From the NCBI RefSeq assembly GCF_051954575.1, contig NZ_JBQCHP010000065.1, forward strand, positions 16,952 to 80,951: DNA of 64,000 nucleotides. The letters run 5' to 3'. The stretch is from Dyella sp. Lineage in GTDB: Bacteria > Pseudomonadota > Gammaproteobacteria > Xanthomonadales > Rhodanobacteraceae. Positions within the stretch are counted from its first letter, which is position 1, and the number at the start of each line of letters is the position of its first letter. Shown piece after piece: positions 1 through 9,346 of the stretch. Below the pieces are notes generated by a model. That model did not search any database and was not told the DNA's origin. It saw only the letters and a program-made list of their open reading frames with translations. A program made the position numbers and the translations under genes.

Positions 1-2
1 TA

Positions 3-152
3 CTGGCGTCGATTCTTACCCCGTTCTTCGATACGCCCTTGCGTGATGCCGTGGCGGGGCGCGTGAATCTGGTCGCCTATGTGGGGCGATTGATGGCGCG
101 CTATTACCCGCAGCATGAGTGGAAACCGTTGCGGGAGGTGGAGACGGTCTGA
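3..152 (+). CDS. 3' end of glutathione S-transferase family (metaxin-like) protein, partial
   Basis: Frame 3 reads LASILTPFFDTPLRDAVAGRVNLVAYVGRLMARYYP...ETV* (TGA 150-152); resembles a GST/metaxin C-terminal domain. Not in ORF track (no start in window). Confidence 0.6.
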   Translation: MASILTPFFDTPLRDAVAGRVNLVAYVGRLMARYYPQHEWKPLREVETV

Positions 153-211
153 CAGGATCGGTGCTCGGCGAGAACCGTTCCCTCGGACCATAGCGGTAAG
201 GCTCGATACAT

Positions 212-288
212 CGTCGTTCCGGCGAAAGCCGAGACCCAGTAACTTGCAACCTGACAGGCGCTGAGCCCCGGCGTTCGCCGGGGCGACG
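212..288. repeat. CGTC-type REP inverted doublet, divergent copy
   Basis: CGTCGTTCCGGCGAAAGCCGAGACCCAG ... CTGAGCCCCGGCGTTCGCCGGGGCGACG; same layout as 9247-9316. Confidence 0.7.
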
Positions 289-400
289 AACAGGTAAGGA
301 AAGAACGCATACCCCAGGTGAACGACCCCATCGGTGCCTACACAGAATTGATCGGCACACCCCTAGGCTGTAGACGTCTCCCCGAACCCAGGAGCCCGTC

Positions 401-718
401 ATGGAAGTCAGCTTCAATAACTGGGGCGAAGCTGTGGCGTTCCTTTCCGAGCGCACCGATATCGCGCTCGAAGGCCTGATGGCATTGAGCGCGCAGCAGA
501 TGGTGGATCAGCAGGTCATCGCCGCGCTGCTATCGTCCCATTCCCACTTGAGAGCCGCCGCGGACGCCTGGCGGCAGATGGCCTCGGCTACCTTGCCGAT
601 CACCCATGTGCGCAGCCTGCAGAACGACCAGCCCGAATCGGTGCGCGAAGCCTATTCGGAACGCATGGCCTATTGGGAGGAAATTTTTCGCCGGGCCATT
701 CCGCAGGAAAGTGAATAA
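401..718 (+). CDS. hypothetical protein (105 aa)
   Basis: GGAG 7 nt before ATG; no overlap with neighbouring genes; helical-looking sequence. Confidence 0.55.
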   Translation: MEVSFNNWGEAVAFLSERTDIALEGLMALSAQQMVDQQVIAALLSSHSHLRAAADAWRQMASATLPITHVRSLQNDQPESVREAYSERMAYWEEIFRRAIPQESE

Positions 719-806
719 ACGCGGCAAATTCGCGTGAAAGGGATGCGAAGAGGGCACCGGCGTGCAACCATAGGGCGCCCAAGTTCTTCACATCCCATCG
801 CGCCTC

Positions 807-1625
807 ATGATCACGCGTTTATTCCGATGCGCCGCCGCAGGTGTCGCGCTTGCCATGGCCGCGCAGGCTTCGTTCGCACAGGCACCGCAGACCGTTCAAC
901 TGCAAAATCTTACCTGGACCGAGCTGCGCGAGCAGATCCAGGCCGGCAAGACCACCGTCATCATTCCCATCGGCGGCACCGAGCAGAGCGGTCCGTATAT
1001 CGCTGTGGGCAAGCACAACGTGCGCGCCCAATACCTTGCCGATCGCATCGCGCAGAAACTCGGCAATGCGCTGGTCGCGCCAGTGGTGGCCTACGTGCCG
1101 GAAGGCAGCTATGCGCCGCCCACCTCGCACATGCGTTTTCCCGGCACCATCACCGTGCCCGATGACGTATTCGAAAAATTGCTGGAATCGGCAGCGAACA
1201 GTTTCGCCGTGCATGGTTTTCGCAACATCGTCTTCCTGGGCGATCACGGCGGCTACCAGAAGGATTTGCAGCAAGTGGTAGCGCATTTGAACAAAACCTG
1301 GGCCGGCACCAAGGCGCGCGCGATTCTGCCAGCGGTGTACTACGCCACCTCGTCCGATGGCTATGCGCAACTGCTGCGCCAGCATGGCATCCGCGACGAT
1401 GAAATCGGCACGCATGCCGGTTTGGCCGATACCTCCTTGCAGTTGGCCGTGGCACCGCAGATGGTGCGGCAAAATCAATTGCGCAGTGCGCCCAAGCCGA
1501 GCGCGGCCGACGGCGTGTACGGCGGCGACCCGCGGCGTTCCACCGCAGAGCTCGGCCAACTAGGCGTGGATGCTATAGTTTCGCGCACCGTCGACGCTAT
1601 CCGCCAAGCCACCGCGGCGCGTTGA
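807..1625 (+). CDS. creatininase-family protein with N-terminal signal peptide
   Basis: IIPIGGTEQ-GP, GDHGG and HAG-x-x-DTS motifs; Ala-rich signal peptide. Confidence 0.85.
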   Translation: MITRLFRCAAAGVALAMAAQASFAQAPQTVQLQNLTWTELREQIQAGKTTVIIPIGGTEQSGPYIAVGKHNVRAQYLADRIAQKLGNALVAPVVAYVPEGSYAPPTSHMRFPGTITVPDDVFEKLLESAANSFAVHGFRNIVFLGDHGGYQKDLQQVVAHLNKTWAGTKARAILPAVYYATSSDGYAQLLRQHGIRDDEIGTHAGLADTSLQLAVAPQMVRQNQLRSAPKPSAADGVYGGDPRRSTAELGQLGVDAIVSRTVDAIRQATAAR

Positions 1626-1675
1626 CGCAAGCATCGAAGTGAATCGAACGTTTTCTCCAAATACGGGAATTTGCC

Positions 1676-2839
1676 GTGAAATCTGATCGTTTTGGGCGTC
1701 TTGCCTTGCGTGCCGGCATCGTGCTGGCCAGTTTGTGTGCCACGGCCGCTGCAGCGGCGCAAACCGTGCAGACCGTGGCGGGCATGCCGCCGGTTACCAA
1801 CCCCAGCAACATGTACAGCAACGCGGGCTACGACATGCTCAGCCCGGTCGTGGCGAACGATCCGGCGCGCATCTACGTGCCGAACCTGCGCTCCAACGAC
1901 GTGTACGTGATCGATCCGACCACCTTCAAGGTGGTCGACAAATTCCCGGTCGGCCGTAGCCCGCAGCACGTGGTGCCGGCGTGGGACCTGAAAACGCTGT
2001 GGGTGACCAACAACGCCGAAGGCCGCAACGACGGCAGCCTCACCCCGATCGATCCGAAGACCGGCAAGCCCGGCAAAGCCGATCCGGTGGATGATCCGTA
2101 CAACATGTACTTCACGCCGGACGGCAAGGAAGCGATCGTCGTCGCCGAAGCGTTCGCGCGCCTGGATTTCCGCGATCCGCATACGATGGCGTTGAAGTCC
2201 CGCCTGTCGGCGCCCGAATGCAAGGGCATCAACCACGCCGATTTCTCGATCGACGGCAAGTACGCCATCTTTACCTGCGAATTCGGCGGCAAGCTGGTGA
2301 AGATCGACATGGTCAACCGCAAGGTGCTCGGCTACCTGTTGCTCAACAAGCGCGGCATGCCGCAGGACATCCGCGTGTCGCCGGACGGCAAGGTGTTCTA
2401 CGTGGCCGACATGATGGCCGACGGCGTGTACCTGATCGATGGCGACAGTTTCAAGCAGATCGGTTTCATCAAGACCGGCATCGGCACGCACGGCCTGTAT
2501 CCCAGCCGCGACGCCACCAAGCTGTACGTCGCCAATCGAGGTTCGAACAAGGTGCATGGCCCGCACGGCGGTCCGGGCAGCGTGTCGGTGATCGATTTCG
2601 CCACGCGCAAGGTCGTTGCCAACTGGCCGATTCCGGGGGGCGGCAGTCCCGACATGGGCAACGTCACGGCTGACGGCAAGTGGCTGTGGCTGTCGGGCCG
2701 CTTCGATGATGTGGTGTATGCGTTCGATACCGCGACCGGCAAGGTGAAGATCATCAAGGTCGGCATGGAGCCGCATGGTTTGGCGGTGTGGCCGCAGCCG
2801 GGGCGGTTCTCGCTGGGGCATACGGGCATCATGCGGTGA
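1676..2839 (+). CDS. YVTN/YncE-type beta-propeller protein, exported
   Basis: Repeated YVPN/WVTN/YVAN...V-vID blades; signal peptide; GTG start. Confidence 0.85.
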   Translation: MKSDRFGRLALRAGIVLASLCATAAAAAQTVQTVAGMPPVTNPSNMYSNAGYDMLSPVVANDPARIYVPNLRSNDVYVIDPTTFKVVDKFPVGRSPQHVVPAWDLKTLWVTNNAEGRNDGSLTPIDPKTGKPGKADPVDDPYNMYFTPDGKEAIVVAEAFARLDFRDPHTMALKSRLSAPECKGINHADFSIDGKYAIFTCEFGGKLVKIDMVNRKVLGYLLLNKRGMPQDIRVSPDGKVFYVADMMADGVYLIDGDSFKQIGFIKTGIGTHGLYPSRDATKLYVANRGSNKVHGPHGGPGSVSVIDFATRKVVANWPIPGGGSPDMGNVTADGKWLWLSGRFDDVVYAFDTATGKVKIIKVGMEPHGLAVWPQPGRFSLGHTGIMR

Positions 2840-2842
2840 TGC

Positions 2843-2871
2843 AAAAAGGCCGGCATTGCCGGCCTTTTTTT
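2843..2871. terminator. intrinsic terminator
   Basis: A5-GGCCGGCA-T-TGCCGGCC-T7 just after the stop at 2839. Confidence 0.8.
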
Positions 2872-2922
2872 GTTGGTGTCTGCTCATGCTTTGGCTCGGA
2901 ATTTCAGCTCACCAGGATGCGT

Positions 2923-3043
2923 CCCTTCCCCTGCTTGCAGGGGAGGGCTAGGGTGGGGTGAAGCAACCTCGCGATACATTTCAATAGTGCAGCAAGCCCA
3001 GACAACCCCACCCCCGACCCTCCCCTGCAAGCAGGGGAGGGAG
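2923..3043. repeat. CCCTCCCC-type ~120 bp palindromic element, copy 1
   Basis: CCCTTCCCCTGCTTGCAGGGGAGGG...GGGTGGGGTG, spacer, CCCCACCCCCGACCCTCCCCTGCAAGCAGGGGAGGG. Confidence 0.85.
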
Positions 3044-3104
3044 CTACGGTTCGCACAAGCGAGAGTCAACGCTATCGACCAACGGTGAGAAGAGACAGGC
3101 GCGG

Positions 3105-4310
3105 TTACAACTGCACCACGTCGAAGCTCACATCCGGATTCACATCCGCGTTGTAATCCACGTCCTTGCGATCGAAGCCGAACAGGCGCAGGAACTCGTG
3201 CTTGTAGCCGGCGTAGTCGGTCTTCTCCCACAGGTTTTCCGTGTTGACCTGCGGCCATAGCGCCTTGCAGGCCTGCTGCACGTCCTCGCGCAGTTCCCAA
3301 TCGTCCAGGCGCAGGCGGCCTTCCTCGTCGATGGCCGGTGCGGTGCCGTCGGCGCGATAAAGAAAATCGTGGAACAGGCGGTTGGCCTGTTCGATGGTGC
3401 CTTCGTGCAGGCCTTTCTCCTTCATGATGCGGAACACCATGGAGACGTACAGCGGAATTACCGGGATGGCCGAGCTGGCCTGCGTCACCACCGACTTCAT
3501 CACACCCACATAGGCGTGCAGCTTCTGCGCGGCGAAGCGCTGGTTGAGTTCGTGCGCCGTGTTGTCCAGATGCTGCTTGGCCTGGCCGATGGTGCCGTGC
3601 CAGTAGATCGGCCAGGTGATCTCGGTGCCGACGTAGCTGTAGGCCACGGTGGTGGCGTTGTCGGCCAGTACGCCGGCCTTGCTCAGCGCGTCGATCCACA
3701 GCGCCCAGTCCTCGCCACCCATCACGGCGACGGTGTCCTTGATTTCCTGCTCGGTGGCCGGTTCCACCGTGACCTGCACGACGGCGTCTTTATTGGTATC
3801 CACCGAGGAGGCGGTGAACGGCTGGCCGATCGTCTTCAGCGAGGAACGCACCACCTCGCCGCTGTCCGGCAGCTTGCGCACCGGCGAGGCGAGCGAATAG
3901 ATCACCAGGTCGATCGGACCGCCCATCTCGTGCTTGATCAGCTCGATCGCGCGCGCGCGCGTTTCGTTCGAGAACGCATCGCCGTTGATGGAGCGCGCAT
4001 ACAGGCCCGACTGCTTGGCGAGCTTGTCGAATGCGGCGGAGTTGTACCAGCCGGCGGTGCCCGGCTTGGCTTCGGTGGAAGGCTTCTCGAAGAACACGCC
4101 CAGCGTCGCCGCGCCATAACCGAAGGCGGCGGTGACGCGCGAGGCCAGGCCGTATCCCGTGGAAGCGCCGATCACCAGCACGCGCTTGGGACCTGCGGCG
4201 GCGCCGACCTTGGCCTTGGTGATGCCGATCTGCTCGCGCACGTTCTGCTCGCAACCGACCGGATGCGCCGTGATGCAGATAAAGCCGCGAACCTTGGGAT
4301 GGATGACCAC
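3105..4310 (-). CDS. fabV: trans-2-enoyl-ACP/CoA reductase FabV
   Basis: I[15 protein letters not shown] N-terminus; [14 protein letters not shown]; YSLASP; typical length. Confidence 0.95.
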   Translation of the reverse strand: MVIHPKVRGFICITAHPVGCEQNVREQIGITKAKVGAAAGPKRVLVIGASTGYGLASRVTAAFGYGAATLGVFFEKPSTEAKPGTAGWYNSAAFDKLAKQSGLYARSINGDAFSNETRARAIELIKHEMGGPIDLVIYSLASPVRKLPDSGEVVRSSLKTIGQPFTASSVDTNKDAVVQVTVEPATEQEIKDTVAVMGGEDWALWIDALSKAGVLADNATTVAYSYVGTEITWPIYWHGTIGQAKQHLDNTAHELNQRFAAQKLHAYVGVMKSVVTQASSAIPVIPLYVSMVFRIMKEKGLHEGTIEQANRLFHDFLYRADGTAPAIDEEGRLRLDDWELREDVQQACKALWPQVNTENLWEKTDYAGYKHEFLRLFGFDRKDVDYNADVNPDVSFDVVQL

Positions 4311-4416
4311 GAAGAACCCTCACGTCTTGAGCACAAGGACGCCATTCTAAACGGGGTGGGGCTCCATTCGCTGCCGCAGGGAGACGCTGGATACGCATCG
4401 CCGGGGCGATCTCCTC

Positions 4417-4489
4417 GTAGGTTGGGGTGCAAACCCCAACATCGCCATGTCGATCAACATCCAATGTTGGGATTTGCACCCCAACCTAC
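4417..4489. repeat. GTAG REP doublet, family B
   Basis: GTAGGTTGGGGTGCAAACCCCAAC and inverted partner ending CCAACCTAC. Confidence 0.9.
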
Positions 4490-4569
4490 GTTCCTTTAAC
4501 GCTACCGGTACCGGATCTTCGTCATGCCCGTCGCATAGTGGAGCCGTTACCATGCGAGCGAGGTGCACC

Positions 4570-4740
4570 ATGCCTACCGGACGCAATGATTCCAAGGACA
4601 CCAAGTCCCCGCCCGTCACCCAGCCCTACGATCCGCACACCAAACGCGGCCCGCCGCAGCGGCTGGAAGACACCAACGACGCCGGCGACGCGCTGAACGA
4701 TACCGGCGAAGACAACCAGCGCTGCAAGGACGAGAAGTGA
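4570..4740 (+). CDS. small hydrophilic hypothetical protein (56 aa)
   Basis: GAGG before ATG 4570; stop abuts the convergent gene; charged, disordered composition. Confidence 0.5.
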   Translation: MPTGRNDSKDTKSPPVTQPYDPHTKRGPPQRLEDTNDAGDALNDTGEDNQRCKDEK

Positions 4741-6717
4741 TCACGCGCCGTCGGCGCTGAACCCGACCTTGGCGTGACTGCCATCGCAGAACGGCTTGTT
4801 CTGGCTTTGCCCGCAGCGGCATAGATAGGTGCTGGTGACGCGCGCCACCATGCGGCCTGTACCGCTGACGATTTCCAGGTTGCCGCGCACGCGCAGCGGG
4901 CCGTTCAACTGCGGATCGATCTGCAGCGGGCCGTCGCGTACGTCCAGCGCATCGGTCGCCGTCCCGGTGGGCGGTTCGCCGCTGGCGCTGAAACCCGCCT
5001 CGTGATGCGAGCCATCACAGAACGGCTTGTTCTTCGAGGCGCCGCAACGGCACAGCGTAGCGCGGAAGCCGGCGGACTGGCCGCTGAGGCGCAGATCGCC
5101 GCGGAATGCATACGGCCCCGCCTCACGCGTCGCGGCCAGGTTGACCGGCGGCGCTGTTTCATCCGCGCGTCCATCGCGGCGGCGGTACTGGATAGCGCCG
5201 GATGGGCAGGCGTGCGCGATATCCACCAGGCGTTCGACATCCATCGCGTCGGGATAAAGCCACGGCCCCTGCACGTTGGCGAGGAACACCTTGGGCGCGC
5301 CGGTCACACAGAAGCGCGCGTGGATGCAGCGCTTGGCCTCGAAGCGCAGCGTAAGCTTTTCGCCTTCGACCTCTTCGATGCCGTCCTGCACGTTGGACGC
5401 CGGCGCAGCTGGCGCAGGCTCCGCGACAGGCGCAGGCGCTGCGGTCGACGGTGCGGGACGCGACAGATCGAAACCCTGCTCGGCCTGCTGCGCAAGACGC
5501 TTGAGCACGGAGGCCGCGGCGATCGTGCGCGGATCGCCCGCGGCGCTCAGGCGTTCCGCCGCTTCGCTCAGTTGTTGAAAACGCTCGCGGAAAAAGCGGC
5601 GTGCAGCAGGACCGGGCGGCAGCGGCGAGGTATCGCGCAGGGTGATGAAGGTGATGCCCGCGTGGCAGTCGGGATTGGAAGGCCCAGCCGGCAAGCGCGC
5701 CGCGCGTTCGGCCAGCGGCGCCAAGGCGTGCATCAGTCCGATGCCCAGATCGAGCGACAGTGCTTTGTCCGGATCCGGCGCCGGTACGGCGTAGGTATAG
5801 GCAAGCAGGCGCTGCATCAAACCGTAGGCGGCATTGGCCAGGTCGACGGTCGCGATCGCATCCTCGTTTTCCAGCCACACACGGCCTTCGGGACGCGGCG
5901 GGCGGCGCAGCACCGGATTGGTGGCCGCCGGGAACGCCGGCTTGAACGACGGATCGGCAGCCAGCAAGGCCTGGTATTCCGCGCGGATTGCGGCGAAGCG
6001 CTGGTAATGCGAGTTCTCGGTGTTTTCCTGCGCGCCTTCGCCCTGCACGATGATGTATTCGAACGCGGCCAGCGCCGTCTTCAGGCAGATCACCTTGTTC
6101 GCGCCGGGCAGCGATACTTCCGCATTGGACAGCTGCAGCGCAGGATTGCCGCACAGGGCGCCGGCCTCGCCGTGCATCTCGGCCAGGCGGCGCAGGCCAT
6201 TGGCCAGGGTCTGGTAGAACGCGCCCACCGTGTCGTAATCGATGCCCATCGGCGTCAGTCGCGGCCCGGTCGCGCCGCGCACGAAATGGCGTTCGGGCTC
6301 GAAGCCTTCGCCATCCGGCTCGGCGGAACCGGCCGGGCGTTCCAGGTAGATGAAATGCTGCAGCGTGGCCATGTTGAACGGCGCCAGCTTCACCACCACG
6401 CCGGCCGGCAAATAGCCCGGATCGAGCGGAAAATTCACCCGCCCCACGCGCGGTGCGCCGCCGAGCGCCACGGTGATGTTCCACACCGACATCAAGTGGC
6501 CCATCTCCTCGATCGCTACCTGCAGCATGCTGCGCTTCCAGCGCGTGATCGCTTCCAGTTGCGCGGGCGTGACGCCTTCATCCACCGATGTCTTCAATGA
6601 AAACGCTGCGTAGAGATAGGTGCACATCAGGCAGTGTTCGAGTTCCGCCGCCTCGTACAACGCATGCAAGGCCTGCTCGCGACTGGGAACCGAATGCGTA
6701 GGGGTGTAGCTGACCAC
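4741..6717 (-). CDS. ferritin-like domain fused to Fer4_19-type and two CDGSH iron-sulfur domains
   Basis: EAAELEH..Y, EEMGH, QGEG, SHYQRF; CIHARFC...CPSGAI; CRCGASKNKPFCDGSH and CRCGQSQNKPFCDGSH. Confidence 0.85.
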   Translation of the reverse strand: MVSYTPTHSVPSREQALHALYEAAELEHCLMCTYLYAAFSLKTSVDEGVTPAQLEAITRWKRSMLQVAIEEMGHLMSVWNITVALGGAPRVGRVNFPLDPGYLPAGVVVKLAPFNMATLQHFIYLERPAGSAEPDGEGFEPERHFVRGATGPRLTPMGIDYDTVGAFYQTLANGLRRLAEMHGEAGALCGNPALQLSNAEVSLPGANKVICLKTALAAFEYIIVQGEGAQENTENSHYQRFAAIRAEYQALLAADPSFKPAFPAATNPVLRRPPRPEGRVWLENEDAIATVDLANAAYGLMQRLLAYTYAVPAPDPDKALSLDLGIGLMHALAPLAERAARLPAGPSNPDCHAGITFITLRDTSPLPPGPAARRFFRERFQQLSEAAERLSAAGDPRTIAAASVLKRLAQQAEQGFDLSRPAPSTAAPAPVAEPAPAAPASNVQDGIEEVEGEKLTLRFEAKRCIHARFCVTGAPKVFLANVQGPWLYPDAMDVERLVDIAHACPSGAIQYRRRDGRADETAPPVNLAATREAGPYAFRGDLRLSGQSAGFRATLCRCGASKNKPFCDGSHHEAGFSASGEPPTGTATDALDVRDGPLQIDPQLNGPLRVRGNLEIVSGTGRMVARVTSTYLCRCGQSQNKPFCDGSHAKVGFSADGA

Positions 6718-6780
6718 GGCTGCTTCCCTCTTGATGTAAGGATGGAAAGGTACACCGATTGGATGGCCGTGACCCCTCCC

Positions 6781-6856
6781 GTAGGTTGGGTTAGCGCAGC
6801 GTAACCCAACAGTTTTCGCGAAGCTCGTTGGGTTACGCTGCGCTAACCCAACCTAC
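6781..6856. repeat. GTAG REP doublet, family A
   Basis: GTAGGTTGGGTTAGCGCAGCGTAACCCAAC plus its exact inverted copy. Confidence 0.9.
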
Positions 6857-6862
6857 GGGTGC

Positions 6863-7621
6863 TCAAATAAACATCCCGCCCGAAGCTTCCACACGCTGCC
6901 CATTGATCCAGCCGCTCTCCTTCGACAGCAGCATCGCCACGGCGCCGCCGATATCGTCCGGCAGGCCCACTCGCCCAAGTGCGGTCTGCGAAGCGATATA
7001 GGCATTCACATCCTTGTTGTCGCGCACTACGCCGCCGCCGAAGTCGGTCTCGATGGCGCCGGGTGCGAGCGTGTTCACGGCGATGCGGCGCTCGCCCAAT
7101 TCCTTGGCGAGATAACGCGTAAGCACTTCGATGCCGCCTTTCATCACGGCATACGCCGAGTAGCCGGGCAGGGCGAAACGGGCCAGGCCGCTGGAGATGT
7201 TGAGAATGCGTCCGCCATCGGCGATCAGCGGCAGCAGGGTCTGGGTAAGAAAGAACGCGCCCTTCAGGTGCACGTTCACCAGTTCGTCGAACTGCGCCTC
7301 GGTGGTTTCGGCAAAGCTGGCGTGCACGCCGATGCCGGCGTTGTTGACCAGATAATCGAAACGGTCGCGTTGCCAGTGTTGTCTCAGCGTCGCGCGCAGT
7401 TGCTCTGCGAATGAGGCGAAGCTGCCCACCTTGCCCACATCCAGCGGCAGCGCGACGGCGCGGCGGCCTTGTTGCGTGATGGCCTCCACCACCGCCTGCG
7501 CCTCGGCCTGGTTGGAACGATACGTCAGCACCACGTCGGTGCCATGCCCGGCCAGCGTCAGCGCCATGCTCTTGCCCAGTCCGCGGCTGCCGCCAGTGAT
7601 GAGGGCGATCGGGGTATTCAT
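6863..7621 (-). CDS. SDR family oxidoreductase
   Basis: TGGSRGLG, NNAG, YAVMK; start placed at MNTPIA behind CAGGAG. Confidence 0.92.
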   Translation of the reverse strand: MNTPIALITGGSRGLGKSMALTLAGHGTDVVLTYRSNQAEAQAVVEAITQQGRRAVALPLDVGKVGSFASFAEQLRATLRQHWQRDRFDYLVNNAGIGVHASFAETTEAQFDELVNVHLKGAFFLTQTLLPLIADGGRILNISSGLARFALPGYSAYAVMKGGIEVLTRYLAKELGERRIAVNTLAPGAIETDFGGGVVRDNKDVNAYIASQTALGRVGLPDDIGGAVAMLLSKESGWINGQRVEASGGMFI

Positions 7622-7762
7622 GAGTGTCTCCTGTGGCAACGTGGACGATCACTGAATTGTGGAGGAAGTTCGCGGGAAACTGTCACCGCAATTGACTAAG
7701 GTAGCCGCAGTCACGCGCAGGCATGCGTCATGACGTTTCCTTCACACACGAGGCTGCATGGC

Positions 7763-9205
7763 ATGGCGACTTCCGGTACAGGGCTGTCCGCGATCAACCA
7801 CATCGTTGTGCTGATGCTGGAGAATCGTTCATTCGATCACATGCTTGGATTCCTCTATGCCGACGCCGGCAATGTGTCGCCGGCCGGACAAGCGTTCGAA
7901 GGCCTGACCGGCAAGGAATCCAACCCGGGCGGTGTCGGCGGCAATGCGGTCACCGTGTTCAAGATCCAGCCCGGCACCACCACCTATTACATGCCCGGCG
8001 CCGATCCTGGCGAAGGCTACACGGCCACCAATGCGCAACTGTTCGGCAGCAACACCGCACCGACGCCGCCGGTGGCGAAAAACCAGGGCTTCGTCAGCAA
8101 CTTTGCTGCCACCCTGAGCTGGGAATCGAAAAACAAAAGCTATTCGATCGTGCCCGGCACCACCGCCAACGACATCATGGGCGTGCACACGGCCGATACC
8201 TTGCCGGTGCTGTCCGCCCTGGCGCGCGGCTTTGCCGTGTGCGACCACTGGTACGGCTCGGCGCCCACCGAAACCCTGCCCAACCGCGCCTTCGTCCATG
8301 CAGCCACCTCGCAAGGACACATGGACGACAAGACCAAAAGCTTCACCGCGCCGACCATCTACAGCGCACTCGGCAAGCAGAACATCAGCTGGAAAATCTA
8401 CGGCTACGACGCCGACCCGCTCACGCGCCACAGCTTCAGCGACATCACCAACCTGTCCGACAGCTATTTCGGCCAGTTCAAGGATTTCCAGGCGGAGGCC
8501 GCGAACGGCACGCTGCCTTCGTATGCGTTCCTGGAACCGAGCTGGGGTTCGAAGGGCAACAGCCAGCACCCCAATTACGACGTCGCGCTGGGCGAGCAAT
8601 ACATCCACGACCTGTATTACGCGCTGCGCAACAGCCCGCAGTGGAGCCAGACGCTGTTGATCATCACCTACGACGAGCACGGCGGCTGCTATGACCACGT
8701 GCCGCCACCGACCAACGCAGTACCGCCGGACAACTCGGCCGGCGAATACGGTTTCGACTTCAAGCGCTTCGGTCCGCGCGTACCGACTGTGCTGGTCTCG
8801 CCGCTGATTCCGGCCGGCACCGTGTTCCGCGCCAGCGGCGATACGCCGTTCGACCACACCTCGATCCTGAAAACCGTGCAGCAGCGGTGGGGGCTTTCCG
8901 CCCTGACCGCGCGCGATGCGGCGGCTCCCGATGTGGGCAGCGTGCTCAGCCTGGCGACGCCGCGCACGGATGATCCGTTGTCGGGTGTAGTAGTGCCTGC
9001 ATCGAAAGGCGCCAATCCTTCCGCCAACAAGCCTTCGCATTTGCAGGAGGTGTATGCAGATCTCGTCTCGAGCTTGCCGGTGCCCGATGCGGATGGTGAC
9101 ACGCATCGCTTGCCGCCGCGGCTGGAGACGGATTACGACTATGACCGGTATATCAGGGAGCGGGTGGCGGCGTGGAAGGCGAGTCGTGCTGGGTTGAAGA
9201 AGTAA
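7763..9205 (+). CDS. phosphoesterase (phospholipase C/acid phosphatase family)
   Basis: HIVVLMLENRSFDH, T-PNR, TYDEHGG-YDHVPPP, G-RVP; alternative start 7730. Confidence 0.9.
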   Translation: MATSGTGLSAINHIVVLMLENRSFDHMLGFLYADAGNVSPAGQAFEGLTGKESNPGGVGGNAVTVFKIQPGTTTYYMPGADPGEGYTATNAQLFGSNTAPTPPVAKNQGFVSNFAATLSWESKNKSYSIVPGTTANDIMGVHTADTLPVLSALARGFAVCDHWYGSAPTETLPNRAFVHAATSQGHMDDKTKSFTAPTIYSALGKQNISWKIYGYDADPLTRHSFSDITNLSDSYFGQFKDFQAEAANGTLPSYAFLEPSWGSKGNSQHPNYDVALGEQYIHDLYYALRNSPQWSQTLLIITYDEHGGCYDHVPPPTNAVPPDNSAGEYGFDFKRFGPRVPTVLVSPLIPAGTVFRASGDTPFDHTSILKTVQQRWGLSALTARDAAAPDVGSVLSLATPRTDDPLSGVVVPASKGANPSANKPSHLQEVYADLVSSLPVPDADGDTHRLPPRLETDYDYDRYIRERVAAWKASRAGLKK

Positions 9206-9246
9206 ACGCAGGTGACATACAGAGAGATCGCGACCGAAAACCGAGT

Positions 9247-9316
9247 CGTCATTCCGGCGAAGGCCGGAATCCATGCTTCGTACTGGCGATGGATTCCGGC
9301 CTTCGCCGGAATGACG
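9247..9316. repeat. CGTC REP doublet, short spacer
   Basis: CGTCATTCCGGCGAAGGCCGGAATCCAT-GCTTCGTACTGGCG-ATGGATTCCGGCCTTCGCCGGAATGACG. Confidence 0.92.
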
Positions 9317-9346
9317 ATCAGGACACTCTAAAAATTACGCGCAACT

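Noticed and set aside
5002-6600. Long antisense or alternative-frame ORFs in the track (also 7829-9274, 39107-40771, 46512-47750 and others)
   Set aside because: They shadow recognisable genes on the opposite strand and have Arg/Ala-rich, motif-free translations typical of high-GC DNA.
7680-7697. PHO box before the phosphoesterase gene
   Set aside because: Only one good half-site (CTGTCAC); the partner at 11 bp spacing is poor on both sides.
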